Positions 1-9,893 of a stretch of DNA of 20,000 nucleotides are shown here, piece after piece. The stretch is from Microbotryum violaceum (Eukaryota). Where the stretch lies: positions 1,042,097 to 1,062,096 of the forward strand of contig CDLV01000015.1 in the NCBI GenBank assembly GCA_001244265.2, read 5' to 3'. The notes under the pieces were generated by a model, which was not told the origin of the DNA, searched no databases, and saw only the letters and a list, made by a program, of their open reading frames with translations. Both the position numbers and the translations under genes were made by a program. Each line of letters opens with the position of its first letter. Position 1 is the first letter of the stretch.

Positions 1-3000
1 GAGTCTCCGCTCGTCGATGAATCGGCGCTCATGGCGAGCACGTCCTCCTCGACCGGGCATGTCAACCTCTCCGCCTCAGAGGTCTCGGCTGACTCATCGT
101 ATTTGTCCATTTCTGGATCTGAGCCCGAACGAACGAGATCCGGTGCGACGACGCCGCTCACTTCGGAAGAAGATGGGCTCGCGGCGCTGCAGGAAACCTT
201 GACGGCCATGAATGCTCGGAAGGCTGGAAAGCAACGTGCTGTTGACCAGGACTCGTCCGATGAAAATGGAGTGTTGCTGCATCGCAACGCATCGCAGACA
301 ACTATTTGTAGAAACGCGTCGATGCTCATGGAGGACTCGCAGTCAACGACTTCGGATCCGATCCCGACGCCGACGACGCGCTCGAGCAAGTCGTGTACGA
401 CCCCTCTTTCGACGGCCGATGAGAACGAGTTGACGATTCCCGCTGTACCGAGTTACGCCTCGTTAATTGGATTGTGTGCGCCGCCGCTTCAGCGCAACCT
501 GTCGGCGTCGTCGAGTGTCTCGTTCGGGAGTCAAACGGGTTCACCGGCGGCCGTGCACTCGAGGACGCCGTCTCGCACGAAACGACGCTCTGTCGGATCG
601 ACCTTCTCCGAGCGCCTGTTCCCACTCGACGAGGAAGCACCGATGCAGCTCGTCAACTATTTTGCGATGTTGTCCGAACCCCATCCGGCGCCACTCACGA
701 CGCCGCAGGAGCAAGCGCTGCTCGACTCGCTGACGACACTCGGCTTCGACACGGGTCAAATAGTGCACTCCATCACGACGCATGCGTGCGACTCGAGCGC
801 GGCGGTTTACTGGATGTTGAAGCGCAAAGCCGACGAGAGGGAACGCGAGAAGCTCGAGTCCGAAGCTGCGGCACCTGTCGCGAGTAGTCCGGCCTCACTT
901 CCGCGGTCTCTGACGTCTTCGATCCGACGAGTACCATCCACCGATGTCATCGACGAAGTCGCTGGCGCAGACTCCGCAACTACGCCGCCAGCTCCCACAT
1001 TCGTCAGTCCAACTACTTCCAGTCAACGGACAGGGACTCCCGAGAACGGACCACCGCAAGGTGAGGCGCCACAAACACCCGATGAGCGAGCCCAGGAGCG
1101 ACTGTCGTACTTTCTGCACCAGACGCCGCTCTCGTCCTTGAGTCTCGCATCCTTCGACTACTTTCCTCCGGCCGGGACGAACCCCTCTCCGCAGAGGCGA
1201 GTTGTGCACTCCAAGTCGCACGAACGGAATCTGCTCGCAGACTCGGTCGAATCGAAGGGAACGTCAAGGTCGCCATCCCCTCCTCGCGTTCACGTTCCGA
1301 CGGCGAGTCCACCGCCAATGGTCGGGCGTACGCAATCGGCCACCAACGAGACGACGACAGTGGCCTCGCCCGATTGGTCGAAAACGAAGCGACAGCGCTC
1401 CTCCTCGACGACAATGCTCCTTGCCCGAGCGACATCTGCAATCGGTCTCAAAAAGTCCACGAACGAAAGCGGTCCCAACGATGAAGAGGACCGTTCGGAC
1501 TCGCCTGCTGGGTCGACCAAGTCGCCGGGCAGCTTCTTCGGTCGCAAAGGATCGTTGCCCTCGGAGGAAATGATGACGCCGGGGGCAGGCACGCCTTCAA
1601 AATCGGCACCTTCGTCTCCACGTCGAGCATCCGCCGGCAATTCGCTCAGTACTCCATCGTTGTCGTCGATCATGGCGTCGTCGACTTCGGCACTCGAGGC
1701 AGGAGGCGGATCGACCGGCGCAGCACTCCAGGAGGTGACTTTGGATCCCGGCTCGAGCACGATGGTCCATTCGAATTCGCACGAGACCTTTTCGACTGTG
1801 ACGAGCGCAGCTGCAACGGGTGAGGATGGCTCGATCCATGATCTCGACCGGAGCACTTCGCACACGGCGGCGACGAAGGCGGCGGGGAAGAAGAAAGGCG
1901 CGAAAGCTGGCAACCTCTTCTCGAACCTTCGCCTGTGGTTCGGTGATGATCGACGAAAGGCTACTGCAACAAAACGCGGAATGCCGTTGGGCCGAGTAGA
2001 TTCGGTTGCGTCGACGCTGAGTCGCAGTTGCTCGAGGAGGAGCGCGCTGGGGTCGCCGCCAATCACTCGGAGTGCGATGGACGGCCGATCGAGTTCGGGC
2101 GAGTACTATCGGCTCAACTTCGGTTCTACTGGCGGGACGATCTCGAGACGCTCGTCGGTTTCGTCTGTGAACCGCTCAGGTTCGATGAACCAGTCCTCGA
2201 GTCTCGTACATCGCAAGCGACTTTCCGATACGAGCATCGCGACGAGCGAACCCAGGTCGAGGCCCGGTTCGGTCAGGTCGTATTCATATGATGGTAGTCG
2301 ACGAGTTCGTGATCGCCGAAGGTCGTCCTTGTCGAGTCACGGAATATCGCCCAAGGATGTTGCCAAACATCAGCCTATCACTACAACCGTCCATCGCTCG
2401 AGATCGCGCGCAAACAGCCATCACCATCACCACGGGCATACCACGGGCACACATTCGCGAACCCGCTCGATATCGAGTGTCAACACAAGGCATTCGAGCT
2501 CGTCCTCGATCGGCGGCGACGACGTCGATGTCGGTGAGGGTGTCGAGGAGCCTTCCAAAGGCAAAGAGCCGATCATCGAAGAGGACGAATCGAACATCAA
2601 TGACCTGGACTCGTCTTCGGGAGATGCCACTGCTACCGTTGGTCCTGGAGCCGATGAAGCAACCGAGGAAGAACGTCGATCGAACGAGCGTAACCGGGCG
2701 CTGCGGCTCTTGTCCGGCGATACGAAGCGGCGTTCGACGGGTGAGGTCTCGGTTGCAAACTCGATCTCGCCTCGCGTTTCCCTTGAGAGCACTCGGCCTC
2801 ATACCCCGACTCGGTTCACAGCCCATCGTACGACGCATCTATTTGGTGCGCCTTCGCAGCCCGCTGCTACCAAGTCAAAATCGCACGAGAGCGCCGCGCC
2901 TCATGCGCAGCAATCCTCGTCGGTGTCGATACTTCCGCGGCGACCTCCGATTCGCGACGTCTTTGTCTGGAAGGAAGGCGAGGAATGGGAGGACGAGGAC

Positions 3001-3285
3001 GACGAGCCATCGGGTGGGTTCGGACAAGCGCCCTCGTCTCGATTGGCGAACGACAATAGCAAGATGGCGATTGGGACTGGGGTCGCACGTTCGCCTTCGC
3101 TTGGTGGACCCGGGTTGGCGGAGATGCGCAAGTTTGCTGATTTGCCTGCTGCCCGACCTGGCATGACGGCAGAGCAAGGTGGTGCTGCTAGTGGTGGCAC
3201 AGTGGGTGGAGGGAGGCAACCGTATTGGCGACGACCGGCGGGAGCGGCTCCGGTTATGATCGAGGAGGAGGAGGAAGAGGATTAG
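1..3285 (+). CDS. Terminal exon (5'-partial) of a probable CAMK/CAMKL (Ppk16-like) Ser/Thr kinase: UBA-like segment plus long Ser-rich disordered tail
   Basis: Frame 1 is open from base 1 to TAG at 3283-3285, so the ATG at 31 is probably internal. Segment LLDSLTTLGFDTGQIVHSITTHACDSSAAVYWMLKRK (~718-828) resembles the post-kinase UBA-like region of fungal CAMKL kinases; the tail has RDVF..WEDEDDE..GGFGQ and ends IEEEEEED. No kinase domain is in the window, so the product call is inference. Confidence 0.65.
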   Translation, partial: ESPLVDESALMASTSSSTGHVNLSASEVSADSSYLSISGSEPERTRSGATTPLTSEEDGLAALQETLTAMNARKAGKQRAVDQDSSDENGVLLHRNASQTTICRNASMLMEDSQSTTSDPIPTPTTRSSKSCTTPLSTADENELTIPAVPSYASLIGLCAPPLQRNLSASSSVSFGSQTGSPAAVHSRTPSRTKRRSVGSTFSERLFPLDEEAPMQLVNYFAMLSEPHPAPLTTPQEQALLDSLTTLGFDTGQIVHSITTHACDSSAAVYWMLKRKADEREREKLESEAAAPVASSPASLPRSLTSSIRRVPSTDVIDEVAGADSATTPPAPTFVSPTTSSQRTGTPENGPPQGEAPQTPDERAQERLSYFLHQTPLSSLSLASFDYFPPAGTNPSPQRRVVHSKSHERNLLADSVESKGTSRSPSPPRVHVPTASPPPMVGRTQSATNETTTVASPDWSKTKRQRSSSTTMLLARATSAIGLKKSTNESGPNDEEDRSDSPAGSTKSPGSFFGRKGSLPSEEMMTPGAGTPSKSAPSSPRRASAGNSLSTPSLSSIMASSTSALEAGGGSTGAALQEVTLDPGSSTMVHSNSHETFSTVTSAAATGEDGSIHDLDRSTSHTAATKAAGKKKGAKAGNLFSNLRLWFGDDRRKATATKRGMPLGRVDSVASTLSRSCSRRSALGSPPITRSAMDGRSSSGEYYRLNFGSTGGTISRRSSVSSVNRSGSMNQSSSLVHRKRLSDTSIATSEPRSRPGSVRSYSYDGSRRVRDRRRSSLSSHGISPKDVAKHQPITTTVHRSRSRANSHHHHHGHTTGTHSRTRSISSVNTRHSSSSSIGGDDVDVGEGVEEPSKGKEPIIEEDESNINDLDSSSGDATATVGPGADEATEEERRSNERNRALRLLSGDTKRRSTGEVSVANSISPRVSLESTRPHTPTRFTAHRTTHLFGAPSQPAATKSKSHESAAPHAQQSSSVSILPRRPPIRDVFVWKEGEEWEDEDDEPSGGFGQAPSSRLANDNSKMAIGTGVARSPSLGGPGLAEMRKFADLPAARPGMTAEQGGAASGGTVGGGRQPYWRRPAGAAPVMIEEEEEED

Positions 3286-3509
3286 CTTCTATTTTCACTA
3301 TGGTTCGGGTGAACGCGTCCTCTTTTCAGTCACTCTTGTATACTCCAATCTTTGCAGGATGTTTTCCACTTTTGATTTCAGTACCCTTGTTCGCAGTTCT
3401 TTTACGCATCGATCGTATCGTTTCTGCATCTGGTTTTTGAGGTGATCGAGAAGAGAAGAAGCCCAGGCCGTGAGCTCGAAACGCCAAGCTGGCGAGTCGA
3501 TGAGCATGA

Positions 3510-3535
3510 TTACCCTAACTAGTTACCCTAATTAG
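3510..3535 (+). repeat. 13 bp tandem duplication TTACCCTAA(C/T)TAG x2
   Basis: 3510-3522 ttaccctaactag and 3523-3535 ttaccctaattag; one mismatch. Confidence 0.85.
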
Positions 3536-3926
3536 TAAAAAAGAAGTGTGAGTTAAGGAATGTACCTAAAATCGCTGTTTTTAACTAGGTTGGGGCCCTC
3601 CGGGCCGCCTGTGGTGGATGTACCAGCATACTGTTGTGTCTGCCGCACCTGCCTGTGGTGTCGGGGTTCCGATCAGAAGTCATGTACAAGCCCTGTGGTG
3701 ACTTTTGTATTTTCCCCGCCGTTCCAACGAAGCTACAGCGCTCCCAGTATTTTCCTTTTTTTTTTCTCTGACATAAAACAATGCTTCCACTCATATGGTA
3801 TTTAATGAACCGCAAGCGCGTGGCTTTGCATGATATTGCTTCTACAGCGGAGCTCTGCCTGACGCGCGAGGCGAGGGCTGGCATTTGTCACGTGATGCGG
3901 TGCGCCGGCGGTGTCAGTGTCATTCC

Positions 3927-4008
3927 GGCAGTCGACCAGCGGCATTAGGGGCTGAACAACCAATTTGCCCGTATGGCATTCGACCAGCGGCATTAGGGGC
4001 TGAACAAC
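3927..4008 (+). repeat. 34 bp direct repeat x2 (period 48) in the Helitron 5' region
   Basis: ggca(g/t)tcgaccagcggcattaggggctgaacaac at 3927-3960 and 3975-4008, separated by 14 nt. Confidence 0.9.
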
Positions 4009-4194
4009 GAATCAAACCACGTAAATAATCCTGCGCCACTGCCTCGAACCTTTCCTTTCTCCCTCTCACTCTCATCCAATTTTAGTGGCACTCATTTAAG
4101 AACAAACCCTCGCTGCTATGTCCCGGTCCCAAGGTCGCCAGGGAGGGCCATCGCAACCTCGCCAAGTTCTTGGGCGCGAGGGTGGCAGCGTACC

Positions 4195-5925
4195 ATGGGC
4201 CAGCTCGAGCGGCCGCTGCTGGGCGTCCCGCGGCTCGACCCTCCTCTTCGTCCCGCTCCGATCAACAGAATCAGCCCCCCGGCGTGTCATGACAACAATT
4301 CAACCGATCTTGGCATTGCGACACGTATACGAGCCCGCCGTGCAGCTGTACAGAATGGACAGCGTGGTCAGCGCGATGGCCAACTCGACGCTGGGCTCGC
4401 CCCACCACCACCTCCGCAAAGGCGAGTGCGCCGGGCTCGAATCGCGCTCAAACCCCTCAAGCCCCACGTTTTCGCAGGGCAAGGTGCGGCTACCTCCCCC
4501 TCCCCAGCCCAATCTCGAGTATCGGCAGCTTCTTCAAGGCTCGGATAGCGGTCAGTTGCTCCGTCCAACAACATTCGTCTGCAGTAGACCCACATGCTGA
4601 ATTGTGCGATGCACCTACACAGACGCTAAAGCATTCCGCGAGAATGCCCGGTCTTACAACAACGCATTGTCGTTCACTTCGCTCGCTGCCCTCTGGGACC
4701 AAACTCAAGTAGGCACGCTAGGACCTCCCGTGTTTCGCGTGTTCGGCCGCCTCTTATGATCGACTCGGTGCCGGCCGAGGCCACCAACACACGACTTCAA
4801 GGACCCGACAGCGCAGAGACTCGCATTAAAAGATCAACGCTGACCAAGCTCGAGTCCATGTTGCGTACCAAGAATCACTTTGTGAGGGAGTTGGCATCGG
4901 CCAAACCTCGCGCAGGTTGGGATACGGCCAAAGAGTGGGTCCTGCGCCTCTGCCTCCCGCCAAGCCGGGACCGACGCACCCACAACCCTCCTACGTCGAG
5001 CACGGAAATGGCGATGCTTATCTGCGATTCCGACACCAACACGGGAGATCGTGGACCGCAAGACCTTATTCTCCAGGTGCACGGTGATCGATGTCCCGGT
5101 GTTCGGCCCAAGTACCAAATCGTTAGCTCGCTCTATCCGTCTGCGATGCCTCTCCGTTACCCACTACTTTTTCCTCCATGGAAAGATGGCTTCCACCCCA
5201 ACATTCCTCTTTGCGGGGTTCCATCAAGCCAGGCCGCCAATCGCCAGAAACTGAGAGCAGATCGACAATGGTGTCCAATTGCGCGAGGTACTTGCCGGTC
5301 TCGGTCTGGATGACAAAGACGAACAGGAGGACGAAGACCGCGACAATGAGGATGAAGACGGCGAGGAAGGGGACGAAGAGGATGGTGATGGCGAACGTAC
5401 GCGTCTTCGGCTCTTTCTCTGATGTTCCATTCTGCCGAAGGCGCAAGCACGGACTGACATTGAACTTTTGAACACCTAGGACGAAGGTTAAGTAAAGGGG
5501 TCGAGGTGGCGAGTCTCGCGTTCACAATTCTTTGCGCACTACTTGCCAAACGCGACGAGCACTTCTCAATCCCGCATTGCACCCAACGTCCCTTCCTGGA
5601 GTTCGTGAATTACGGATGTACTCCCAAGTCAAGACCGATTGACTCAACACATCCGGTTACATCAAGAGAACCTACGCCTCACCACGACCCAAGGCATCAA
5701 CGGCTTGACCCCGAACCAAATTGCGACATCACGCAGCGATACCAGGATGCGATGGCGTGCGTTGTCAAACATGGAAAGCCTCCGCTGCTCATCACGATGA
5801 CGTACGACCCCAACTCACCGGAAATCAAGGCTGCACTGGGGCCGATAAAGCATGCAACCGTCCGGATCTCATTGCACGAGTGTTTGAAGCCAAGTCCGGC
5901 AACAAGCGACATGCAGGCTGTTTCG
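4195..5925 (+). pseudogene. Degenerate Helitron Rep/helicase (RepHel) gene, N-terminal part only
   Basis: Motifs in the expected order across frames: QGKVRLPPPPQP; after a GT-AG intron (4551-4622), AFRENARSYNNALSFTS..GPPVFRVFGRL; LESMLRTKNHFV; DRRTHNPPTSSTEMAMLI; PLRYPLLFP..DGFHPNI; YQDAMACVVKHGKPPLLITMTYDPNSPEI (Rep motif 1); NRPDLIARVFEAK..GCFG. Frameshifts and deletions present. HUH motif, catalytic Tyr motif and Pif1 helicase not seen. Confidence 0.9.
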
Positions 5926-6042
5926 GCAATGAATGTAAGGTGAATGGATTTTGTTTCCTTGCTGTATTTCGTATTGTCTTAACCTCTGCGCTGGGATCAT
6001 GTAGACTGTTCGATTATCCTGCTATTTTTTGAATTACATCCT

Positions 6043-6069
6043 CCCGTTAATTTAACGGGTTCCCACTGG
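6043..6069 (+). other. Helitron 3' terminus: subterminal hairpin + CTGG
   Basis: 8 bp perfect stem, 1 nt loop, CTRR end followed by target T, directly downstream of the RepHel remnants in the same orientation. Confidence 0.85.
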
Positions 6070-6521
6070 TCTTTGAAGCGAACATGAGCATAGACGAGGT
6101 ATGTACTTGCTAGAGCATCGACGGTGTCGCCCGGGTTCGCTCGGGGCGACGCAGCGTGAAAGGGCGAACGTGGAGATGACCGATTGAATCGGGCGTCGAT
6201 CAATGCGCTAACGTAAACTGATCGACCGACAGACCTGCGACCCTTGACGATCCCCGATTGGCCGGCCACGGGTGCGCGCTCTTTGTCCGTGGCTCGGTCA
6301 GGGCGAGCGCCGGCGGGCGCGTGGCGAGCCCGTGACCGAGCGCTGCTTCCAGCTGGTTCGTGCTGGTTCGTGCGGGTTCCTCGTGATTCGTCGACATCGA
6401 GGCCGGACTCTCGAGTCGCCTTCTCCATCCGTCCTCTCGTTTGCCATCGCACGTTCGCCGCCTCGCATCGCATCGCATCGCACGAGTGTTCATCCTCCCA
6501 CCCTTACCCGAACGCTCTCCC

Positions 6522-8880
6522 ATGCCGTCCGGCGTGGTTGATGATGACTCGTCGTACGTGGTCGGCGGCGAGTTTGACTCGTTCGACTCGTTCGACTCGT
6601 TCGACGACGAGCTCGAGCGCTTCTGTCTGGTCTGCGAAAGGCGCGTCGACTCGGCCGCGCCACCGCAGCCACCGATAGCCGCCGCGCCCAATCCGACCAA
6701 GCCACGACAGCGGCCTTCGCCTCAGGGATCACGACATACTTCGAACAATTCGACCACAACGCTCAAGTCAGAGAGGTTGAAGGCCTTGCCACCCGAAGCA
6801 GCCGCCGTCCTCGCCGTCGTCGCGGCCAAGCATCAGCAACAGCAGCAGCATCAGCAGCATCAGCATCAGCAGCATCAGCAACCGACCACGACAGGGGGCG
6901 CCACGAGATCGCAACACCATCCGACCGCGCCAACGATGAAGCGCAACAAGAGTGCATCCAAGTTGCATGGCCATTCGAGGAACAAGAGTTACACCAGTCT
7001 CGCACCGAATACCAAGATTCACGCGCTCACTGCCCGAGATGCAACAGCAACAGCAGCAGCACCCCACCACGAGCCCGTTCTGCCCGCCGCCGCGACAACG
7101 AGCCACGCTCCGAGGCGGTCATCAGCACAACAATCAGTCAATGACAGTGATGACGCCTACGAAGAGGTTTCAAATGATGGCGACGAAGTCGCCCCATTGT
7201 CGGCACTGTATTGTTCGGAGGAATGCCGGCGCGTCGACGAACTCAGAGGACAAGCGACGACGACGCCCTCTCCACAACTCGTCGCTGTACTATCGACCTT
7301 CAGCGAGCAGTCGCGTCGATTCGGGTCATCATCCAGTCTAGCATATTCATCGACCCACTCGCTCACGAACACCTTTTTCCCCGCTTCGGCCAAATCCCCC
7401 GTCTTTGACCCGAGGCGATCGAGCAGCGAGAGCGTGCCTTCACCGTTTGAGCTCGACTTTAGTGCGGCACGGCGGCGAAACTCAAGAGGAGCCGAGACGG
7501 GCGGCTACAGCTATCGACCGAGCTTGATGCAACGCATGCCGAGTAGTGATGGCGATTCGGCAGAAAGGTTGCAGTTCGCGGCCGGTTCGCGGAACAAGAG
7601 TTCGGCCAGCTTGTCGTCGATGGATTCGGAAAGGGGAGCACTGATTCCTCGTGAGTGTTACTTGATTATCTCAGATACCCGAACGTCGACTTCGTTCTGA
7701 CTTGGTAGTAGTCCTTCCAGATCGCTCGAGCTCGGCCCTGTCGTCGCTTCGACTCACGCAGATCTCGTCCTCGCCGACTCGTCCTCTGCATCGACCGTCG
7801 TGCAGTACACGACATCACTCCGACACAACGCAGTTACCTTCTTTCAACGAGTCGCCCTCGTTCAACGGTGAAACTAAGGACAAGGTGTCGGGTTACGTTG
7901 CGGGAATGCGCATCTCATCGGCACCCAAGTCACGCCGATCCCAAAGTGCTCTGACCGGTCAGCTCGGTCGCAGCGTTCCCACACGATCTAGTCTACTTGC
8001 ACCTCGCGATGAGGCCGATGTCGCGTTTCCGAGCTCATCGATCACGATATCGCAAGCGCCGATGCGATCCAACTCGTTCGCTTCACTCGCCTTGATGAGC
8101 TCTTCCCTTGGGCACGATTTTCGCGCGCCGCAAGCCTTTTCACAACACTCGCGGAGCGCCTCGACGGCAAGTCTCTCGGGATCGACCGCGACGGGTCTCA
8201 TCTTGGGCACCGCGGAGACGGTATCAACCTCGACGATATTGCCGACGCCGAAGCGGAGAACAACATCACGGCATCGACTGTCGATTGGTAGTGGGGGAGC
8301 CGCTTCACCACCACTTTCGTCGCCTTCAGCGTCGTCTAATGGGTTCTCTTCGACGGGGAGTCCGAATAGGCCTGCGTTGACGAGCTCGAGTTACACCAGC
8401 TCGAATGGATCGGCGGGTTTAGGTGTTGCTGGAACGGGTGGACCGATGAGAGGACGGACTATGGCGAATTTGAGCATGACGCGGTCGTTGTCGTCGCTCA
8501 TGCATGAAGCCGATCAGGATGGCTATTTCCCTTCCGAATCGGATCAGACCCCAATACAATCGTACCGGACACAAAGACCAAACTCGACGAAGGGGACAAG
8601 TCGATCGAGATCGAGGGCCCGAGTGTCGGTCGTTGAGAATGGGGCGCCACCACCACCAAAAATGAGCGCCGCGCCGAATGGGACGACGGGCGGCCTCATG
8701 CCCGCACTGACGTCGACGCCGCTGAGGAAGAACTTTTCCTGGCAGGACGTTGGCGTGGCAACCTATGCTGCCTTGGACCTTTCAAATCGTGATGGACGGA
8801 GTGTGGAGGCTGGGGTGCAAAATGGGGAAGCGACGGTCCGGAAGCCGAAGCCGAAGTTGTTCCATTTCCCCGACGAGTAG
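6522..8880 (+). CDS. Ecl1-family (life-span regulatory factor-like) Cys-motif protein, ~762 aa; exons 6522-7650 and 7721-8880
   Basis: ATG at 6522; FCLVCER (6621-6641) and LYCSEECRRVD (7206-7238) match the two halves of the Ecl1 CxxC...YCSxxC motif. Intron 7651-7720 (GTGAGT, CTGAC branch, CCAG) joins the two long ORFs in frame; in-frame TAG acceptors at 7708 and 7711 are alternatives. Confidence 0.75.
6576..6605 (+). repeat. Coding tandem repeat (GACTCGTTC)x3 encoding DSF DSF DSF
   Basis: Three exact 9-mers plus GAC. Confidence 0.9.
6831..6881 (+). repeat. CAG/CAT/CAA microsatellite encoding HQQQQQHQQHQHQQHQQ
   Basis: 17 consecutive CAN codons in the Ecl1-like ORF. Confidence 0.9.
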
Positions 8881-9188
8881 GCACGAGCCGATCTTACGAA
8901 ATCTTCGTTTCCAGGTTTTTCTCTCTTATGGACGCTCGCATATCAGCATCATCATCATCATCGCGTTGCCCCTTTCTGAATTTGTTCATTATCTGTGCAC
9001 GTTTCGTCTTTTATGCTCCCTTTCTTGCCTCACTTAACCGTGTCTGTCGTCACCATAACCCCTCTCGCTTGCAAGCATCAGTTCGTCGCACTTTTATTAT
9101 TATTTTAATTTCCTTAGTTGCTTGAGCATGCATTGCAATGTTCTTGATTGGATCGATGTTGTGCTAGTTAAGAACGCTATTGCATTGG

Positions 9189-9279
9189 AAATCGGCGCAG
9201 CGATTCCGAATGTGTTTCAAATCGCTGTGGGATCGCGCGCCACGATTTCAAACGCATTTGGGATCGCGCGCCGCGATTT
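9189..9279. repeat. Imperfect ~36 bp inverted repeat with nested 21 bp direct repeat
   Basis: Left arm aaatcggcgcagcgattccgaatgtgtttcaaatcg versus reverse complement of right arm aaatcgcggcgcgcgatcccaaatgcgtttgaaatcg; tgggatcgcgcgcc(a/g)cgattt occurs twice. Confidence 0.7.
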
Positions 9280-9281
9280 GA

Positions 9282-9893
9282 TATCGGATCGATTGCATCT
9301 TGAATGCCGTGCTAAACATCTTGGAGAACACGAACCTCACCCGTCTGGCAATCTCCTCCCCCACTGGTGACTTGGACCCGTACGACGCAATTCAGGACCC
9401 ACACTCGCTTACGTCTGACGATTCAATTCCCTGTAGGCAGCGGCAAGACGGTCATGTTCACCGCACTTGTCCTTCGAGTCGGCGCCTCCCGCCCAGAAAT
9501 CTCAGCGACTCTCCCCGAGTTGTCGTCACGTTCTCATCGTGGTCGGAGATATTTACCTCGTTCACCAAACGGCATAGACGGTGAAGCGCTTTCTTCTTCA
9601 GAATGCTGTACGTTCCTCGGCAGGTAAGGAAGCGGTGCTCCCTTGGAAAAATCTGGCGATCGCTGATCGATCGAGAAACTTGATAAAATGTTAGTGTCGT
9701 AATCGAGCAAGGGGAACTCCATACGAGTGGTTGCGCCGACATCACCATTGCGTCCAGCCAGGTGCGTCAAGTTGAGCCGCGAATCGAGAACCTGAAGAAA
9801 GGCCGGCGTGGTGATAGTTCGTGATCACAGAGCTTGGAAAAACGACTCGACAGCTATGATCCGTCAACATTCAAGGCCGTGATCATTGACGAG
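9282..9893 (+). pseudogene. IRC3: IRC3-like mitochondrial SF2 (DEAH/ResIII-type) helicase pseudogene fragment, Q motif to motif II
   Basis: YRIDCILNAVLNILENTNLTRLAISSPT, intron 9367-9436, GSGKTVMFTALV (Walker A); frameshift to HVLIVVGDIYLVHQTA*TVKRF (TAG 9575-9577); exon 9695-9761 VIEQGELHTSGCADITIASSQ; intron 9762-9830; exon 9831-9893 SLEKRLDSYDPSTFKAVIIDE. No following AHH exon seen; in-frame TGA at 9279-9281 upstream. Confidence 0.8.

Larger units (their letters stand above)
3510..6069 (+). mobile_element. Non-autonomous, internally deleted Helitron
   Basis: RepHel protein remnants at ~4480-5925. 3' end: perfect hairpin CCCGTTAA-T-TTAACGGG (6043-6059), 6 nt spacer, CTGG (6066-6069, CTRR), then T. 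The 5' boundary at 3510 (A|TTACCC) is tentative: it rests on a composition shift and starts TT rather than canonical TC. Confidence 0.85.

Noticed and set aside
31..33. ATG at 31 as true gene start
   Set aside because: Frame is open to base 1 and the expected kinase domain is missing, so the gene probably begins upstream.
1290..3166. Long overlapping ORFs 1290-2066 (-), 2284-2838 (-) and 2288-3166 (+)
   Set aside because: Shadow frames of a GC-rich, Ser-rich coding exon; no recognisable motifs.
3511..3531. Interstitial telomere array
   Set aside because: Only two non-adjacent CCCTAA hexamers; kept as a low-scoring note on the Helitron end instead.
3927..4008. CRISPR-like repeat-spacer-repeat
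   Set aside because: Only two units, a 14 nt spacer, no cas genes, eukaryotic context inside a Helitron.
5123..5446. Hydrophobic membrane-like ORF on the minus strand
   Set aside because: Antisense of the acidic GAN-rich tract of the Helitron ORF; same artefact for 12478-12771 (+).
5997..6700. Minus-strand ORFs upstream of and overlapping the Ecl1-like gene
   Set aside because: GC-rich promoter/UTR with simple repeats; no domain signal.
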